From Lama glama (lineage: Eukaryota), in NCBI GenBank assembly GCA_028534125.1, contig CM052816.1, forward strand, positions 1,922,001 to 1,986,000: a DNA stretch of 64,000 nucleotides, read 5' to 3'. Numbering within the stretch: position 1 is the first letter of the stretch; each line of letters opens with the position of its first letter. This document shows, piece by piece, positions 1-13,500 of this stretch. The translations under genes were made by a program, and so were the position numbers. The notes beneath the pieces are model-generated. The model saw nothing but the letters and a program-made list of their open reading frames with translations. It made no database searches and was not told where the DNA came from.

Positions 1-621
1 TGACTGCAGGGGGGCAATGTTTGCCATACCAGGGTCTTGGCCAACAGTGTCCCATGGAGTGGTGCAGTGGCCATCCTCAGTACCTATGGCATCTCCTTAA
101 AATCCTCAGTGGTTTTCCATTACACTTAGGGATTCGTGTAGTATTTGTATTTGCATAGTGGACGACTTAACATGGTCTCTGAGGGTCCGTATAACCAGGC
201 CCAAGCTCCCTCTCCATCCAGCCCCGTCTGGGCTACTCTCCCTCTCATTCGTTTTGTTCCAGATGATTCCTTCAGTTCCTGGACCACATCAAGCTGTTTC
301 CAGGATTCCACCTGGAACTCTTCTCTCCCTGTTCATCCTCTGGTAACCTCTTTGTCTGAAGTCTTTGCTCATAAGACACTTTATCTTGGAGAGGCCTTTC
401 CTTGAAGCCCTAATCTAAATTAAGCCCCTTCAGTTAGTCTCTTTCATGGCATCATATTCTTTCCCTTCAAGGCACTAGAGAGGATACTGTCAGTATGAGA
501 TTTTTGGTGTCATTGATGGCAGTTTTTGTGTCCAGAAAGGATTAGCTATGATTTAGTTTGGTTTTAAAATGTAATACTCCACTTAAGGTTATAAGATCAA
601 CAATCTGTTCATCCTTAAGCC

Positions 622-1077
622 TATCAACTGAAGAAAAATGCACAACAAAAAGTTGTTGAGTTATGTTTTATCTGGGACCTTACCGAGGACAGCGTCTCCG
701 ATAGCTCTGAGGGACTGCTCTGAAGAGGGAAGGGAGGAACCAGGAAGAACATGTAGGAGTTTTTTTGCTGAAAAAAAAGCATGTAGGCAAACATCAAAAG
801 ATTACTGCTAATCACAAAACAACAGACACCTCGAATGATTTTAGTGCTTTTCTAAGTATGAGAAGATGCAAGAGTCTGAGCTCATTGAAATAATTTCTTA
901 GGTATGCATTTTAGCAATCTAGGGCCAGTATCCTTTTTTTCTCCATCCTGAATTCCCTTCAAGACGTATTGTTGGGGGCAGCTGTAGGGCCTGATGTTGG
1001 GCAGCATTTATAGTTTATTGGAATGGCAGGCAACATCCTTTATTTACTAAAATGGCAGGCAGTGTTTTTTGTCCACA
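622..1077 (-). mobile_element. Solo ERV1 LTR (MER41-like, artiodactyl type)
   Basis: Ends ta..tcaactgaag and tgtccaca; 4-bp TSD AGCC at 618-621 and 1078-1081; body matches my recollection of MER41-type LTRs. Confidence 0.7.
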
Positions 1078-1492
1078 AGCCTCTAAATTTAAAATAAAAA
1101 TTACATTGTTCTATTTATAAGTAGAGAAGACTTTTTACATTCACTTTAAGGGGAACTTCGTTAACGCATGAGGCAATTTACAAACTTAATTTTAGTTTCT
1201 CAAACGTTTTAAATTACATTTTTAAATTTAATGTAGTTCTTTTTGTCTTAAGTCATTGTCTGACAAATAATTTAAGTAACTGTAGTATGTTAAACATAAA
1301 TATGATATTAGATTCTCTTAAATGTTTCAATGCTGCCTTTAAATTTAGTAAAGTGTTCTTATTAATTGAACTTAGAATCACAAATCTAATTGATTGTTAA
1401 ATTATGTAGTATAAATTGAAATCACAAAGGCAGTTCTGTTTGATTTGCTAATATACTAAGTTCTCCAAAACATTACAAGTATTCTACATAGC

Positions 1493-2232
1493 TGGAGAAA
1501 AGGGAACCCTCCTACACTGTTGGTGGGAAACTAGTTTGGTGCAGCCACTGTGGAAAACAGTGTGGAGATTCCTTAAAAAACTGAAGATAGACTTACTGGA
1601 TGATCCAGCAATCCCATTCCTGGGCATATATCCAGAGGGAACTCTAATTCAAAAAGACACCTGCACCCCAATGTTCATAGCAGCACTATATACAACAGCC
1701 AAGACATGGAAACAACCTAAATGACCATCAACAGATGACTGGATAAAGAAGCTGTGGTATATTTATACAATGGAATACTATTCAGCCATAAGAAATGATA
1801 AAATGATGCCATTTGCGGCAACATGGATGGACCTAGAGATTGTCATTCTAAGTGAAGTAAGCCAGAAAAAGAAAGAAAAATACCATGTGATATCACTTAT
1901 ATATGGAATCTAGAAAAATGTAAATGAACTTATTTACAAAACAGGAACAGACCCACAGACATAGAAAACAAATTTATGCTTACCAGGGGATAAAGAGGGT
2001 TGGAAGGGATAAATTGGGAGTTTGAGGTTTGCAGATACTAACTACTATACATAGTAGTTAAACAAGTTTTTTCTGTATAGCACAAGGAACTATATTCAAC
2101 ATCTTGTAGTAACCTATAATGAAAAAATATGAAAATGAATATATGTATGTACATGTATGACTGAAACATTAGCTGTACACCAGAAATTGACACAACATTA
2201 TAAACTGACTATACTTAAATTTAAAAAAAAAA
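1493..2232 (+). mobile_element. 5'-truncated young L1 (ORF2 C-terminus, 3'UTR, poly-A)
   Basis: ORF2 peptide [19 protein letters not shown]...PMFIAAL; A-tail 2223-2232; perfect 18-bp TSD ACAAGTATTCTACATAGC at 1475-1492 and 2233-2250. Confidence 0.95.
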
Positions 2233-3013
2233 ACAAGTATTCTACATAGCAAGCATACTCCTATTATTCCTCTACTTACCACAAATATATGAATACAATA
2301 GGTTTGAATTAATCAGTTGTTATCATTTACTCCATTATCTCTAGTCTCAGTTCTAAAACTTCCTGGAATTAAAATGGACACATGAAGCAGACACTTACAC
2401 TATACCAAACAGTTTGGGGTTATCTTTCAGGCAGGATGGCAATGGGGATACAGACTGACCCAAGATTTGTCTGGGACTCAGGATTTTGTGTTCTCCCAAC
2501 ACACTGAGGCCTATGCATGTTCATTATAACAGGAATTCTATAGCCAGAAGGGATCCCATGTCCTCTTCCCTAACTCTAGTCAAGTTTGAGTGCATAATCC
2601 CTCACCTAGGTAGCTTCACTTTATAATCGGATCTATTTAATCTCTTAAAATATCTTTCAAGTTATCTTGAATTATCTTGTTCTTTCTCGCTGGCCCAACT
2701 CATCTCTTAATGATATTTAAATAGCACCCAACTGGATTTCACTTCTCTCTTGTAGTTTCTACAGCCCTTAAGTATGTGACAGGGATGGGTCTCAACCTAC
2801 AAACTCAGGTCTGCAAAAACTCTTACTTTTAAAAAATATAACTCACCTTAATTCATAATTTGAGCTTCCATCCAACCAAAAATTAAAAACAGTATTAGAG
2901 TCAGTATTTACCCTTCCTTTTCTTCCTGGGGTCCCAGGAAGCTTACTTAGTGCCACAACATTAGGGGAGAGGGAATATGTTCCTTGATCACCATCCATTG
3001 AAGCCAGTGTCTG

Positions 3014-3860
3014 CTGTGAAGTCCCTTGTCCCCTCAGTTTTCAGTAACTGGTACAGAGCTCCTAAAACCCTAGGGATTTCCTTACAGGAGTGCCTTTTGT
3101 TATTCATAACAAGCCCCTTTCCACTATACCTGAATTTATGGTAACTAGATGAATGTTGACCTCTAGACAGCTTCAGGATGGGGGCTGGTCCCCAGAGGAA
3201 TCAGCTGCACAATTAGAAGGTTGGAAACTTCAGCCACACTCCCAACCTTGGGGAGGGAAGAAGGGCTACAGATTGTGTTCAATCACCAATGGCCAGCGAT
3301 TTTATCAATCACACCTATGTAATGAAAGTTCAATAAAATCTTTAGCACAACAAGATTTGGGGGTCTTCCAGACGGGTGAACAAACATATCTATGTGCTAG
3401 GAGGATGGCGCACCCAAGGAGGATATAGAAGCTCTCTGTGTAACCCACCCTCCAGCCTCTGCCTCATGCATCTCTTCCCTTTGGCTGTTTCTGAATTGTA
3501 TTCTTTATAATAAAACTGTAATGGTAAGTATAGTACTTCCCCAAGTTCAATGAGTTGTTACAGTGAATTATTGAACCTGAGGGAGTGGGGATCATGAGAA
3601 CTCCCAAGTGTGTAGACAGCTGGGCGGATGCAGGTAGCTTGGGATCCTGTTGGTGGCTGGCATGCGAAGTAGGAGCATTTTGTGGGACTGAGCGCTTAAC
3701 TTGTGGGTCTGCACTAATTCTAGGCTGTTAGGATCAGAATTGAATCGAATCGAATCAAATTGAATTGAATTGAGTTGAGTTGAATTGAATTGAATCTGTT
3801 GGTATCAGAGAATTAGAGAATTGGTTGTTTTTGGAAAATGAGAGACTTGCTGTCAGCAAA
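3014..3860 (+). mobile_element. MER21-family LTR
   Basis: Diagnostic blocks cagagctcctaaaaccct, cttcaggatgggggctggtc, aatcaccaatggcca and tcagaattgaattgaa. Confidence 0.75.
3737..3796. repeat. Pentanucleotide repeat (GAATT/GAATC/GAGTT)x~12 inside the LTR
   Basis: Read directly from the sequence. Confidence 0.9.
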
Positions 3861-5768
3861 ACAATACTAAGCTTCTTTGGAGTATTACTCCTCTGTGCCC
3901 TTGGATCACTTTGCTTTTCTGCACCGAAGAGAAGCACTGATGACTCTGGGCTTCGAAGTTCAAGTGCCCAGCCCCATCACAAAGCCACTTCTACTCTGAG
4001 GTTGGTCAGCTTGCTGAGCTGCACCTGAGAAGGGGAGCACCATTCTCCTCTTCTCTCATGCACCACAAACCTATCTTGGATTTCTGTCATTCACTGGAGC
4101 GTGGGCTGGGCAGTGAGATAGGGTAGAGGCTCCCCTTCCCAGAAGTCCTGCAGCACCTAAGCTCTAATCACTTCCCTTCTGACGCTCCTCTTCTCCCACC
4201 TGCAAATGTTGCTAGTCTCTGGGCCAAGAAGCTTTGCTCTGAGTCATCAAGTATTTTCCCAAGTCACTGTTCATGCCGGAGTTATATTCTGAAGGCTGGG
4301 ATTTGGAAACTCAAGAGCTGGGACAAGATTCCCTTTAGTTATATATTGGGTTGTGCTGTGTCATTCCTCTTCTGAGTCATGACATACAGAATACTGAGCT
4401 GAATGAATGAGCAGGGCCCAAGGGGGAACAGTACATTCTAGGGACAGAAACCACACTAATTATACTACCCAAATTTTAACCCCGTGCACACTTTGGCAAT
4501 TTGTTTGGCAATTCCAAATGTTTATGGAATGTTATTATTTGATGTCAGTCTTCCACTAGAATGTAAACACCAGGAGAGCAGAGATTATAACTCTCTTGTT
4601 CATTATTGTATAAAAAGCACCAAGAACTGTACCTAGCACCCAGTAGAGACTCAGTAAGTATCTGTTGAAGGCATAAATGAATTCAAACTTCTTAAGTTGA
4701 CATTCAGTGTGTTTAACCAAATGATGATGACTCCTGCTCTGATAAGCTAATTTGACTCCCATATTGACCAACTTTCTATATCACCTGAGTTAGTATAGTT
4801 ACCAGCCTCTGTCACTTATTCAAGACTGGATCACTTCTTTGAATATCTTGTTTTCTTTGCTAAAAAAGTGTACTTTTTTCTCTAAAAATTGATCACCTTC
4901 CCCACTATCAAACTGTTCCTTAAAACTGACCTCCATACAGCCTTCCATGATTGACCTTACTCACATGTTCACTCATTTTTATTCATTCATCCATTTAAAA
5001 ATATGTACAGAACAGTTGCTATGTGTGGGACACCATTCTAGGCATTAGAGAAATAAAGGTAAATAAGACAGAGAAGCTCTCTTCAAATAAATACATATTT
5101 AAGGTATTTTCAAATAGTGATATATGCTATTAAAACATGAACATTGGACAGTGTGATAGAAAGTAACTGAAGGGCAACATTAGACAGGAACTCAGAAGAG
5201 AACTCTTTGAGCTGACCTGCATAATGGGAAGAAGATGTGAGGGTGGAGCATTTATGACAGCATTTCTTGAAGGTGAACAGGTACAAAGGAACTGGTACAG
5301 GCACAATTAGAATATTTCTAGAAATGCTGGGTGAGGCTGTACTTGGAGCCAGGTGAGCAAGAAAGAGAGCGGTAGGAATGAAGACAGGAGGGTGAGCAGG
5401 GCCAGATCAAGCAGGGACCTGCAGGCTAAGAACAAGAGTGCACATTTCATTCTGAATGTAACTCCTTACTTTGGAGCCCTTGAAACTTGGGTGTGTCATT
5501 CTGATTTATGTTTCAAGAAGCTTATTTAGCTGCTGGATTACAGAAAGACTGCAAAAGTGAAAGCAGAAAGATCAGGTAGCAGGTAATTGCAGTAACTCAA
5601 GAGGTGGTAATTCATTGTAACTTAGGGTGGTAGTGAAAATGGAGAGAAATGGACAGATGAGGGATTTATTCTAGAGCGTAAGACAGTAGGCTCACTGATG
5701 AATTTGTTGGGGTGGGAATGGAAGCTAGCATGGATGGAGAAAGAGCAGAATCAAATTTGGTTCCTAGA

Positions 5769-5791
5769 TATTATTATTATTATTATTATTA

Positions 5792-5830
<39 letters not shown>
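5769..5830. repeat. (TAT)n microsatellite, ~20 units with one interruption
   Basis: Read directly; explains the poly-N in ORF 5789..6019. Confidence 0.95.
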
Positions 5831-6525
5831 GCAACTGAGTTGCCATATAAGATGTGGAAACAGGGAAGAAAAGATTAAGGTGGTAATGGGGGCAAGACAC
5901 AGGCATTCTATTTCATTCATGTCTAAGATGCCTATTAGACATCCAGGTACAGATGTCAAGTGTGCAGTTGAATATATGAGGCTCGAGCCAAGTAGAAAGC
6001 CAGGGTATATCGCGGTCAAGAAAGGGGGCTTTTGGACCCAGGTTACCCAGTTTCAAGTCCTGGTTCCTCCTCACTATGTGGGCTTGAACAATTTATTTAA
6101 CCTTTTGGTACGTCTGTTTCTTTATCTATGAATTGGAGATAAAAAGGATACTCAAGAGTACTCAAGTTTGTTGTAAGGATTAAATGAATTAATACATATA
6201 AAGAGCTTACTACAGGACCTGGCATATGGTAAATATTCAATAATTACTAACTACTATTATCACCATGTGGCTGGAATTTAGGTACAGGTGAGGGCTGTAG
6301 CATAAGTTTGGGAGTCATCGGTGGGATTTCAAAACCATGGGATTAGATGCTATCCCATCTGAGGAAAGAGTGCGTTTAGAGAAGGCATGAGGACCCTGGA
6401 CCAAGCCTTGGGTCATTGCAACATTCAAAGTTGAGGCAGAGGAAACAAAGTAGCTCCCAAAGGAGAGTGAGAAGCCTCATCCAGGAGGTAGGAGGAAAGC
6501 CAGCAGAGTGTGCAGTCACAGAAGC

Positions 6526-6931
6526 TGTACTGGGTTGAATAGTGTTCCCCCTAGAATTCACGTCCACCTGGAATCTCAGAATGTGACCATAAGGTTTTTG
6601 CACAGGTAATTTGTTAAGTTTAGATGAGGTCTTTACTGGATTACAGAGAATCCTGAATCTAATGACTTACACGAGGCCATGTGATGATGGAGGCAGACTT
6701 GGGAGTGATGAATCATTTATAAGCCAAGGAACAGCAAGGATTTCTGGGAGCTACCAGAAGCTAGGAAGATGCAAGGAGCGACTCTTCCCTAGAGCCTTCA
6801 GAAGGAGCATGGCCCTGCCAATACCTTGATTTTTGGACTCCTAGCCTCCAGAACTGTGAGGGAATAAATTCATTATTTTAAGCCACCCAATTTGTGGCAA
6901 TTTATTACAGCAGCCCTAGGAATTCAATGCA
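6526..6931 (+). mobile_element. MLT1 (MaLR) solo LTR nested in L2
   Basis: Starts tgtactgggttgaatagtgttccc, contains cctccagaactgtgag and ends aagccacccaatttgtggcaatttattacagcagccctagga..ca. Confidence 0.8.
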
Positions 6932-8034
6932 GAGATCAAGGAATGAAAGTGTTTTTACAAAGGAGGATTGGTGGACCCCTGGGATGCTGCTGAGAAACGG
7001 AATAAGATTGAGGACCAACAAGAGGGCACTGGATAAGGATGTCTTTGATGACCTTCCTGGAAACAGTTTCAGTCTAGTATTTGGTATCAAATTCTGATTG
7101 GAGTGGGTTGAGGGGAGAATGGAAAGTAAGAAAATTGAGACAGTAGCTATAGACAACTGCTCAGAACATTTTCAAAGTAGGAGTGATGGTTGTGGGGCAT
7201 GAAATTAGGGGAAGGGTTTTGGAAAGATTGCCATCCTAAGTATGTTTATATGTTGGTGGCAGTTATCCAGGAGGGAGAAAAGCTGATGATACAGAGGAAA
7301 AAAGGGAATTACTGCCGGTTCTAAGTCCTTGAGAAAGCCAGAGAGGCTGAGATTCAGATTGCTAGTGGAGGATCTGGTCTTTGATAGGAATAGGGAAATT
7401 TCTCCCACTGTACAAAAAGGAAGGCCCAGAAGATCATTATAAAAAGTTGTTAGCTTCGTGGTGGGACGATTAGGAAATAGATAGCTTGCTTCTGTTTTCT
7501 CAGCTACTCACTCAGCTGAAAGTGAGTAGAGGAGAGAGAAGGTGGGTGTTACTGGACGTCTGAGAAGAAAGTGGAGTGAGCCACTCTGGTATGTGGAGAG
7601 AAAACTTATCAGAACAATGCAGTGGGTTTGTGGAGCATTGCTGAGGGCTAAGCACTGAGATTTGTGGTTGGTTGTGTGGTTTATCCAGCAGTATCAGCCA
7701 CTAAGATGGAGGTACAGAGCAGATAAAGAAAGAAAGTTAAGAACGTTTATAAGCAAGACATTTAAATGATGGACTATGGAATTTACAATGGGTAAAAGGA
7801 GATGTGAAAACCTAGGAGGGGTGTGTGGAGAGTTGGTAGGCTCAGTGGATTGGAAGCTTGATGCTGAGAAGACTCAAGTGTAGGCACTATTAAAAACAGA
7901 ATCAGAATGTTTGTAGGAGAGAAAAAAATGATCGAAACTGAGGTTTTGGAAGTTCATGCAAATGATAGTTTGAGAGGTAACTATGCGCATAAGTGGGATA
8001 GAGAAAAAGTTCATTTAAGTGGGAGGATTAAACT

Positions 8035-8228
8035 AGGAGATTGGGAAGGGGAGAATGGGCGAAAAACTGCTAATAGGGGTTTCCTTTTTGGGTGATGAAA
8101 GTGTTTTGGAACTAAGTAGAGGTGGCAGTCGCACAACATTGTGAATATGCTAAATACCACTGAATTTTTCACTTTAAAATGGTTAAATTTCATGGTATTT
8201 GAATTTCCCCTCAATAAAAAAAAAAAAA
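8035..8228 (+). mobile_element. L1MB-type 3' end with poly-A
   Basis: gggtgatgaaagtgttttggaacta...cactttaaaatggt...aataaa(A)n. Confidence 0.7.
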
Positions 8229-9299
8229 CAGTCGGTTATCTATGTGGTTGTTGAAGTCACCAAGAATGGGGACACAAGCAGAGACAGAGAGGGACTCAGT
8301 GAGCCAGGTATAAGGTCATCTGTGAACAGGGGAGAGTGCGTAAGCATGAAGTCATTCCATTAGTACTGTCGCATCAACATGTTGTCCTGTAAATTTGTCA
8401 CTCAGTGCCTTCATGTTCACTCAGTATTTAAAGGCTTAACTATATCAATATCCTAAATGGAAGGGAGAGAAGCTGAGAGATTCAAAGGAAAATAAACATT
8501 GGCTCACACCATGAAAGAGTTTATAATCAAGCATGGGAGAAAATACACACAAAGCAGATTTAAAACAAAGCAGTGTAAATAGTCCGTCAATCTAACATCG
8601 GTAAGAGCTTGAAGGCAGGAATTATCTGTTTCATTTATATCGCACTTAGCATCTATAGGGATTATGTGTTCTGATTCATTTATATTGTACCTAACATCTA
8701 ATAGATGCTACGAATATGTGCTCAATGAATACTGAGTGACATTTTGTATCTTTGGTATCTTTGAATAGTGAAGTCACAAGATAATGAGCCAAAATAAGAA
8801 CAACAGTAATGCCAATAACAATAGCTAATGCTACTTTCCTTGTGCATTGCTCTAAGCAATATATGTATGTTGTGTGTGTACGTATATATTTTTCATTTAA
8901 TCTTCACAAAAATCTATGAGGTAGGTGTTACAAGTGTGAAATTAGGCACAGAAAGGTTGAGTAACTGGCTCAAACTCGCACAGCTAGGGAGCAGCAGGAT
9001 CAGGCTGTGAGCCTAAGTAGAATAATTCCAAATTCCACACTCTTAGCCACCATCTCTATTTCCTGTTTAAGAAAAGGCGATTTTCCACACCATGCTCTGA
9101 AGTCTATGACCCAAAGCAAGTTTTTTCATTTTGTAGAACCACGCGCTCACAGGGAATATTCCAGACATGTTCCTCTCCTTCCTGTTTGTGTAAGTAGTTC
9201 AGGGGAAATAATAACAATGTATTCATTACTAAAGACAGGGGAGTTTGAGTTCTAGACTCCGAGACGTGGCTCTGTGAACAAACTCATCACCTCTTTCAG

Positions 9300-9550
9300 T
9301 TCAGTTAGCCCGACGGCGCGCCGGGTGCAGGGCGGTGAGGGGCCTGACACAACCAACCCCGAAGCGTCTGCATTGACTCTAAGCTCTGCTCCCGACTAGC
9401 TGTGTGACACGGGGCAAGTTACTTGACCTCTCTCCACCTCAGTGCCCTCGTTTTTAGGATGGAAATAATTATCCTGTCTACTTCCTAGGGTTTTTGTAAG
9501 GATTAAATGTGACAATTCATGTAAACCACCTCGTACAAACCTAGAGCAGA
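9300..9550 (+). mobile_element. MIR SINE (a second MIR lies on the - strand at ~8815-9050)
   Basis: MIR core ctagctgtgtgac..gggcaagttacttgacctctct...aggattaaatg. Confidence 0.65.
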
Positions 9551-10325
9551 GGGAATGCCCAGTGCCTTCTCCTCTCCCGCACACACTCCTCAGCAGGGCT
9601 CCTTTTCCTGTTAAAGTCCAAGCTCCTTGGGATGGCGTGGGAGGTCCCTCGCCAGCTCCTGAACAGACCCCAGTTTACCTCATCTCTCCCTACGTTCCCC
9701 TCTGTAAACCTGAGATGCAGCCATAACTGTATGCTTGTCATTTCCTGCACGTAGTTCACATTCTGGGAGTGATGTAGTCAAAACATAACCCGATTTTGTC
9801 ACCCACTAGCGCTTAGCATTTTTATTCAGAAGAGGTCATTTTTACCAACCCCTCCTCTCTCCAATACAAACTTGAGCAGATCCCAAGAGTTCTCAATTAA
9901 TGAGCAGTGCTGCTCACTTTAAGTCACAAATCACAGTCCTGACTTGTAATTAGAATGTACTTACTCAAGAGATTGATTAAATGCCTCGGTCTCCATTCAA
10001 AAAGTGAGAGTTCTCGCGTATGTGAAGGCTTGTGGTCAGCTTCTGCTGTCTCCCTTCTCATTTCCTCCCTGTGCACCAGCATCTGCATCAGACCCCACCC
10101 GGGTGGAACCCACCTGAAGCAGGACAGGTCAGGGAGAGGCACTTCTTTCTTGTTGGTAGCCTCAACTTCTCTGGATCTGGCAGGGAGCTAAACTTGAATC
10201 TTTGTTGCCCAGTGCCTAGAGCCCATCCCTTTTTAATTAATTTTAAAAAGTAAAATTTTTAAATGACTTTTTGCTCCTTTTTTTAATTGAAGTATATAGT
10301 TGGTTTACAATTTTGCATTAATTTC

Positions 10326-10431
10326 TTTTTGGTTGGGGAGGTAATTAGGTTTATTTATTTAAAGGGAGGTACAGGGGATTGAACCCAGGACCTTGCACAT
10401 GCTAAGCATAAGCTCTATTATACCCTCCCCC
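10326..10431 (-). mobile_element. vic-1-like tRNA-derived SINE (A-box partly deleted)
   Basis: Reverse complement reads GGGGGAGGGTAT...GCTTAGCATGTGCAAGGTCCTGGGTTCAATCCCC...TAAATAAACCTAATTACCTCCCC. Confidence 0.8.
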
Positions 10432-11494
10432 TTATTTTTTATTTTTTAATAGTTTATTGTAAAGGATATACTGATACAGAGCAGAAAGTGATGTAACTGT
10501 TACTATAAACAACTAATGTTCTTAATTCTAGTATCAATGACCTGGGTGGATGCATCCCCATCCTAGGTGATCAGGTGTGACCCTAGGAATGGGGTTTTTT
10601 ACCTTCAGCTTCTTGCTGCTGGATCTCTCTTTCCTTCTATTTAGTCCTATTGTTGTATAAGATCTTGGACAACCAGGGCCAGCCCTGTTTCTCATGTGGC
10701 ACACATCCGCTCCCTGGGAAACACACACACCCCTCTTGCTTGCTCTGACGGACTCTAGCAGTGCCTCTCTCTCCCAAGGCAGCCACTTCTCTTCTGCGGC
10801 CATAGGTAGCGTTCACTCTCATGGGTGGGCATCAGGCACCAGCCCTATGCAGGGAATACATTTCGATCTCTGTGAATGGTCCCTTGGAAGATGTCACCCT
10901 CACTAGACTAGAGCAGGAGGTAGCATGCCCCAGGAAGCCTCCTATGCTTGGTGGTACTGACAGCAACAGCTCCCTCCAAAGAAAGCTTTCCCAAATCCTC
11001 TCTCTGCTCACCCTTTTACACCACTTGATAACCTTACCTAGCTAAAGGGGTCCAGGAGTCTTGGAACTAGCATGTTTATATTCCTCTTCTAAATTATGGC
11101 CACGGGAGAATTTGCCTCAAACCCATGCTGGTCTCTGAATCTGTTCTTTTGACACCTCACTTGACACGGAGGTGGGAAGTGTTCCATCTTAGCATTCTGA
11201 AATGTGTGTGTGAAGTGTGTGCTGTCTTCCCCTTTATTTGCCTTGCTCTTTACTCACCTTGCTGACCCTTATCTATTTTCAACACTTAGAATGCCTCTCC
11301 CTTCCTCCCACCCCATGACCCCACAGAATGGGCTAATCTCTTCTATTTGTATTTCCATAGTAACCTTGCCTACCTCTATCAAAACCAATCTAGTCCACTT
11401 TGTATTGAAACCATTTCTGTGTTTGTCCCTAACCCCGTGAGATCGGAAGTTCTCGAGGACAGGGACTCTTGAGATTTACTGTTATATCCTCAAA

Positions 11495-12940
11495 GCCCAA
11501 CAAAATACAGTTTAAATTACCATTAGCAATAGCATCAAAAATATCAAATATCTAGGAATTTATGTTATAAAAGATATGCAAGAACTCTGTGGTGAAAACT
11601 AAAACTCTCAGTGGGATTTTGGGAAACTTAACAAGCGAAAATTCCAAATTTGATTCTAGAATTGAGGAGGAAATGCAAATGGCTCCTCTTGAAGAAAACA
11701 AACGAAAACAAAGAGAACCTGGTGGGAAGACTCGCTCTACCACATATCAAGACTTCTCACTTAGCTAGAAGTAATAGAAATGGTTGGTATTGGCACAAGG
11801 GTAAACAAACCAGTGGTTTAGAATAGAGATCAGAAATAGATCTACTCAGATATGTACTCTTGATTTTAAATGTACATTACAGAGCAGGGGATAAACAATA
11901 GTTTAATAGGGCAACTATTATACATAAAAATATTAAATTTAAATTAAGAAAGTATATTCATCAAACACTAGAGAATGAAAAGGGAAGCTACAGAATAAAA
12001 GAAGATTTTTGCAGCGTATGTAATTAACAAGGGGTTTGCATTCAGAATATACAAAGGATGACAAAACAAAAAGCAAAAGATAAATATCCCATGAGAAAAT
12101 TGACTGACTTGAGCAATTTACAAAAGAGGAAGTCCAAAAGGCCAAAAAACATACGAAAAGATATTCGGCTTCATCAGCAATTAAGGAAATGTAAGTTAAA
12201 AACTCCACTAGAGTGGCTGAAATTAAAAGGACTGACCATATCATTCGCAAGCCAGAATATAAAACCATAAAAACTTTCACAGATTGCTGTTGGGAGTGTA
12301 AATTGATGCAAACATCTTGGAAGACAGTTAGGATTTATCTGAGAAAGTTGAATTCCTACAGGCCCTGTGGCCCAGCAGCTCTCTTCAAGAGAAACATGTG
12401 CACGTGTGCAGCAGGAGACAAGTGTAAAAGTGTTGGTCGCAGGATAATTCATAGTCGCCTCAAACTGGAATGTGGGTGTTCATGAACCCAAATGTTCACA
12501 AGTAGAATGAATAAATAATAGAGTTATAGTCATAAGATAGAATTCTATACTGCAATGAAAATGAAGTCCAGTTTCACAGAAGAGTGTAATTGAATCTCAA
12601 ACTCAATGTTAAGCAGAAAAAGCTTGTCACAAAAGAATACTTACCATGTGATTTCATTTATATAAAATTTAACAACAGGCAAAACTAAACTACAGTATTC
12701 AGGGATTCATACTCAGGTGGTCAAACAAAAAAAGGAAGTCACTGTATTAAAATCAGAAAAATGGTTTCCTTTGTGGTTAGCAAGACAGTTGTGAATAGGA
12801 AAGAGTATGTAGGAGACTTCTGCAGTATTAGCAAGCTTTTGTTTCTCACCACTGGTTAAATGATTGTGTTTTATAATAACTTGTACAATTGTGTTTCTTT
12901 GTATTTATTACCATTTTTTGTAGTTACTTCCTTCTCTTCA
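11495..12940 (+). mobile_element. Old L1M (ME/MD-type) ORF2 remnant and 3' end
   Basis: A-rich, degenerate ORF2 motifs (aaatatctaggaat, ggtattggcacaagg, ttgctgttgggagtgtaaattg) with many stops. Confidence 0.7.
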
Positions 12941-12979
12941 TAACAGCATATTTTACTGACTAGCAAATTAAAAGGATTG

Positions 12980-13500
12980 AAGGTCTTGGGGCTCTTTTAA
13001 CTGCAAACAATAGAAAATGCAACCCAAATTGGTTTAAGCAAAAAAAAGTAATTTATTGGCTGATATAATTAAAGAATACGGGGTGGACATGCTGCCTTCA
13101 GATGAGGCTTAGATCAGGGTTCATACACTGTGACCAGGTCCTGATTTCTTTTTATATCTTTTACTTTTTACTTCCTTTGGCAAATTTTCAGATTGGCTCT
13201 TTTCTTTTGGATCAAAGATGGTTGCCTGGAGTCCCTGAAGTTACACGATTCCTTTTTTTTTTATGTCTAGCAGGAAAGAGAAATTTTACTCTCTCAATAG
13301 TTCAGTCAGAAGCCTTAGTGTTGAGTCTTACCATCACTGGCTTGACTTGGGTCATTGGTCCTTCCCTGGGCTAATCACTAGAGGAGATAGCATTAAGTGA
13401 TGGCAGATGACCAATAGACTACATGGCTAGAATATTCAAGATGGTATTAAAAAGAAAGAAAGGAAAATAATAGATATTGAGGAGGCAAAATAACTAATGT
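12980..13500 (-). mobile_element. Old MLT1-type LTR
   Basis: actgcaaacaatagaaa..caacccaaattggtttaagcaaaaa..aatttattggct matches the MLT1J/K end pattern. Confidence 0.5.

Larger units (their letters stand above)
4975..7900 (-). mobile_element. Ancient L2 LINE, interrupted by a microsatellite, MIR (~6020-6265) and MLT1
   Basis: L2 3' end attcattcat...tatgtg...caccattctaggcatt, followed by a purine-rich L2 body. Boundaries approximate. Confidence 0.6.

Noticed and set aside
1..405. Short ORFs at the window start, possibly a decayed retroelement interior
   Set aside because: No confident homology can be assigned by eye.
10432..11200. Possible - strand processed pseudogene (AATAAA plus A-rich tract near 10435-10460 and several ORFs)
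   Set aside because: No recognisable protein and no TSD found; left unassigned pending BLAST or RepeatMasker.
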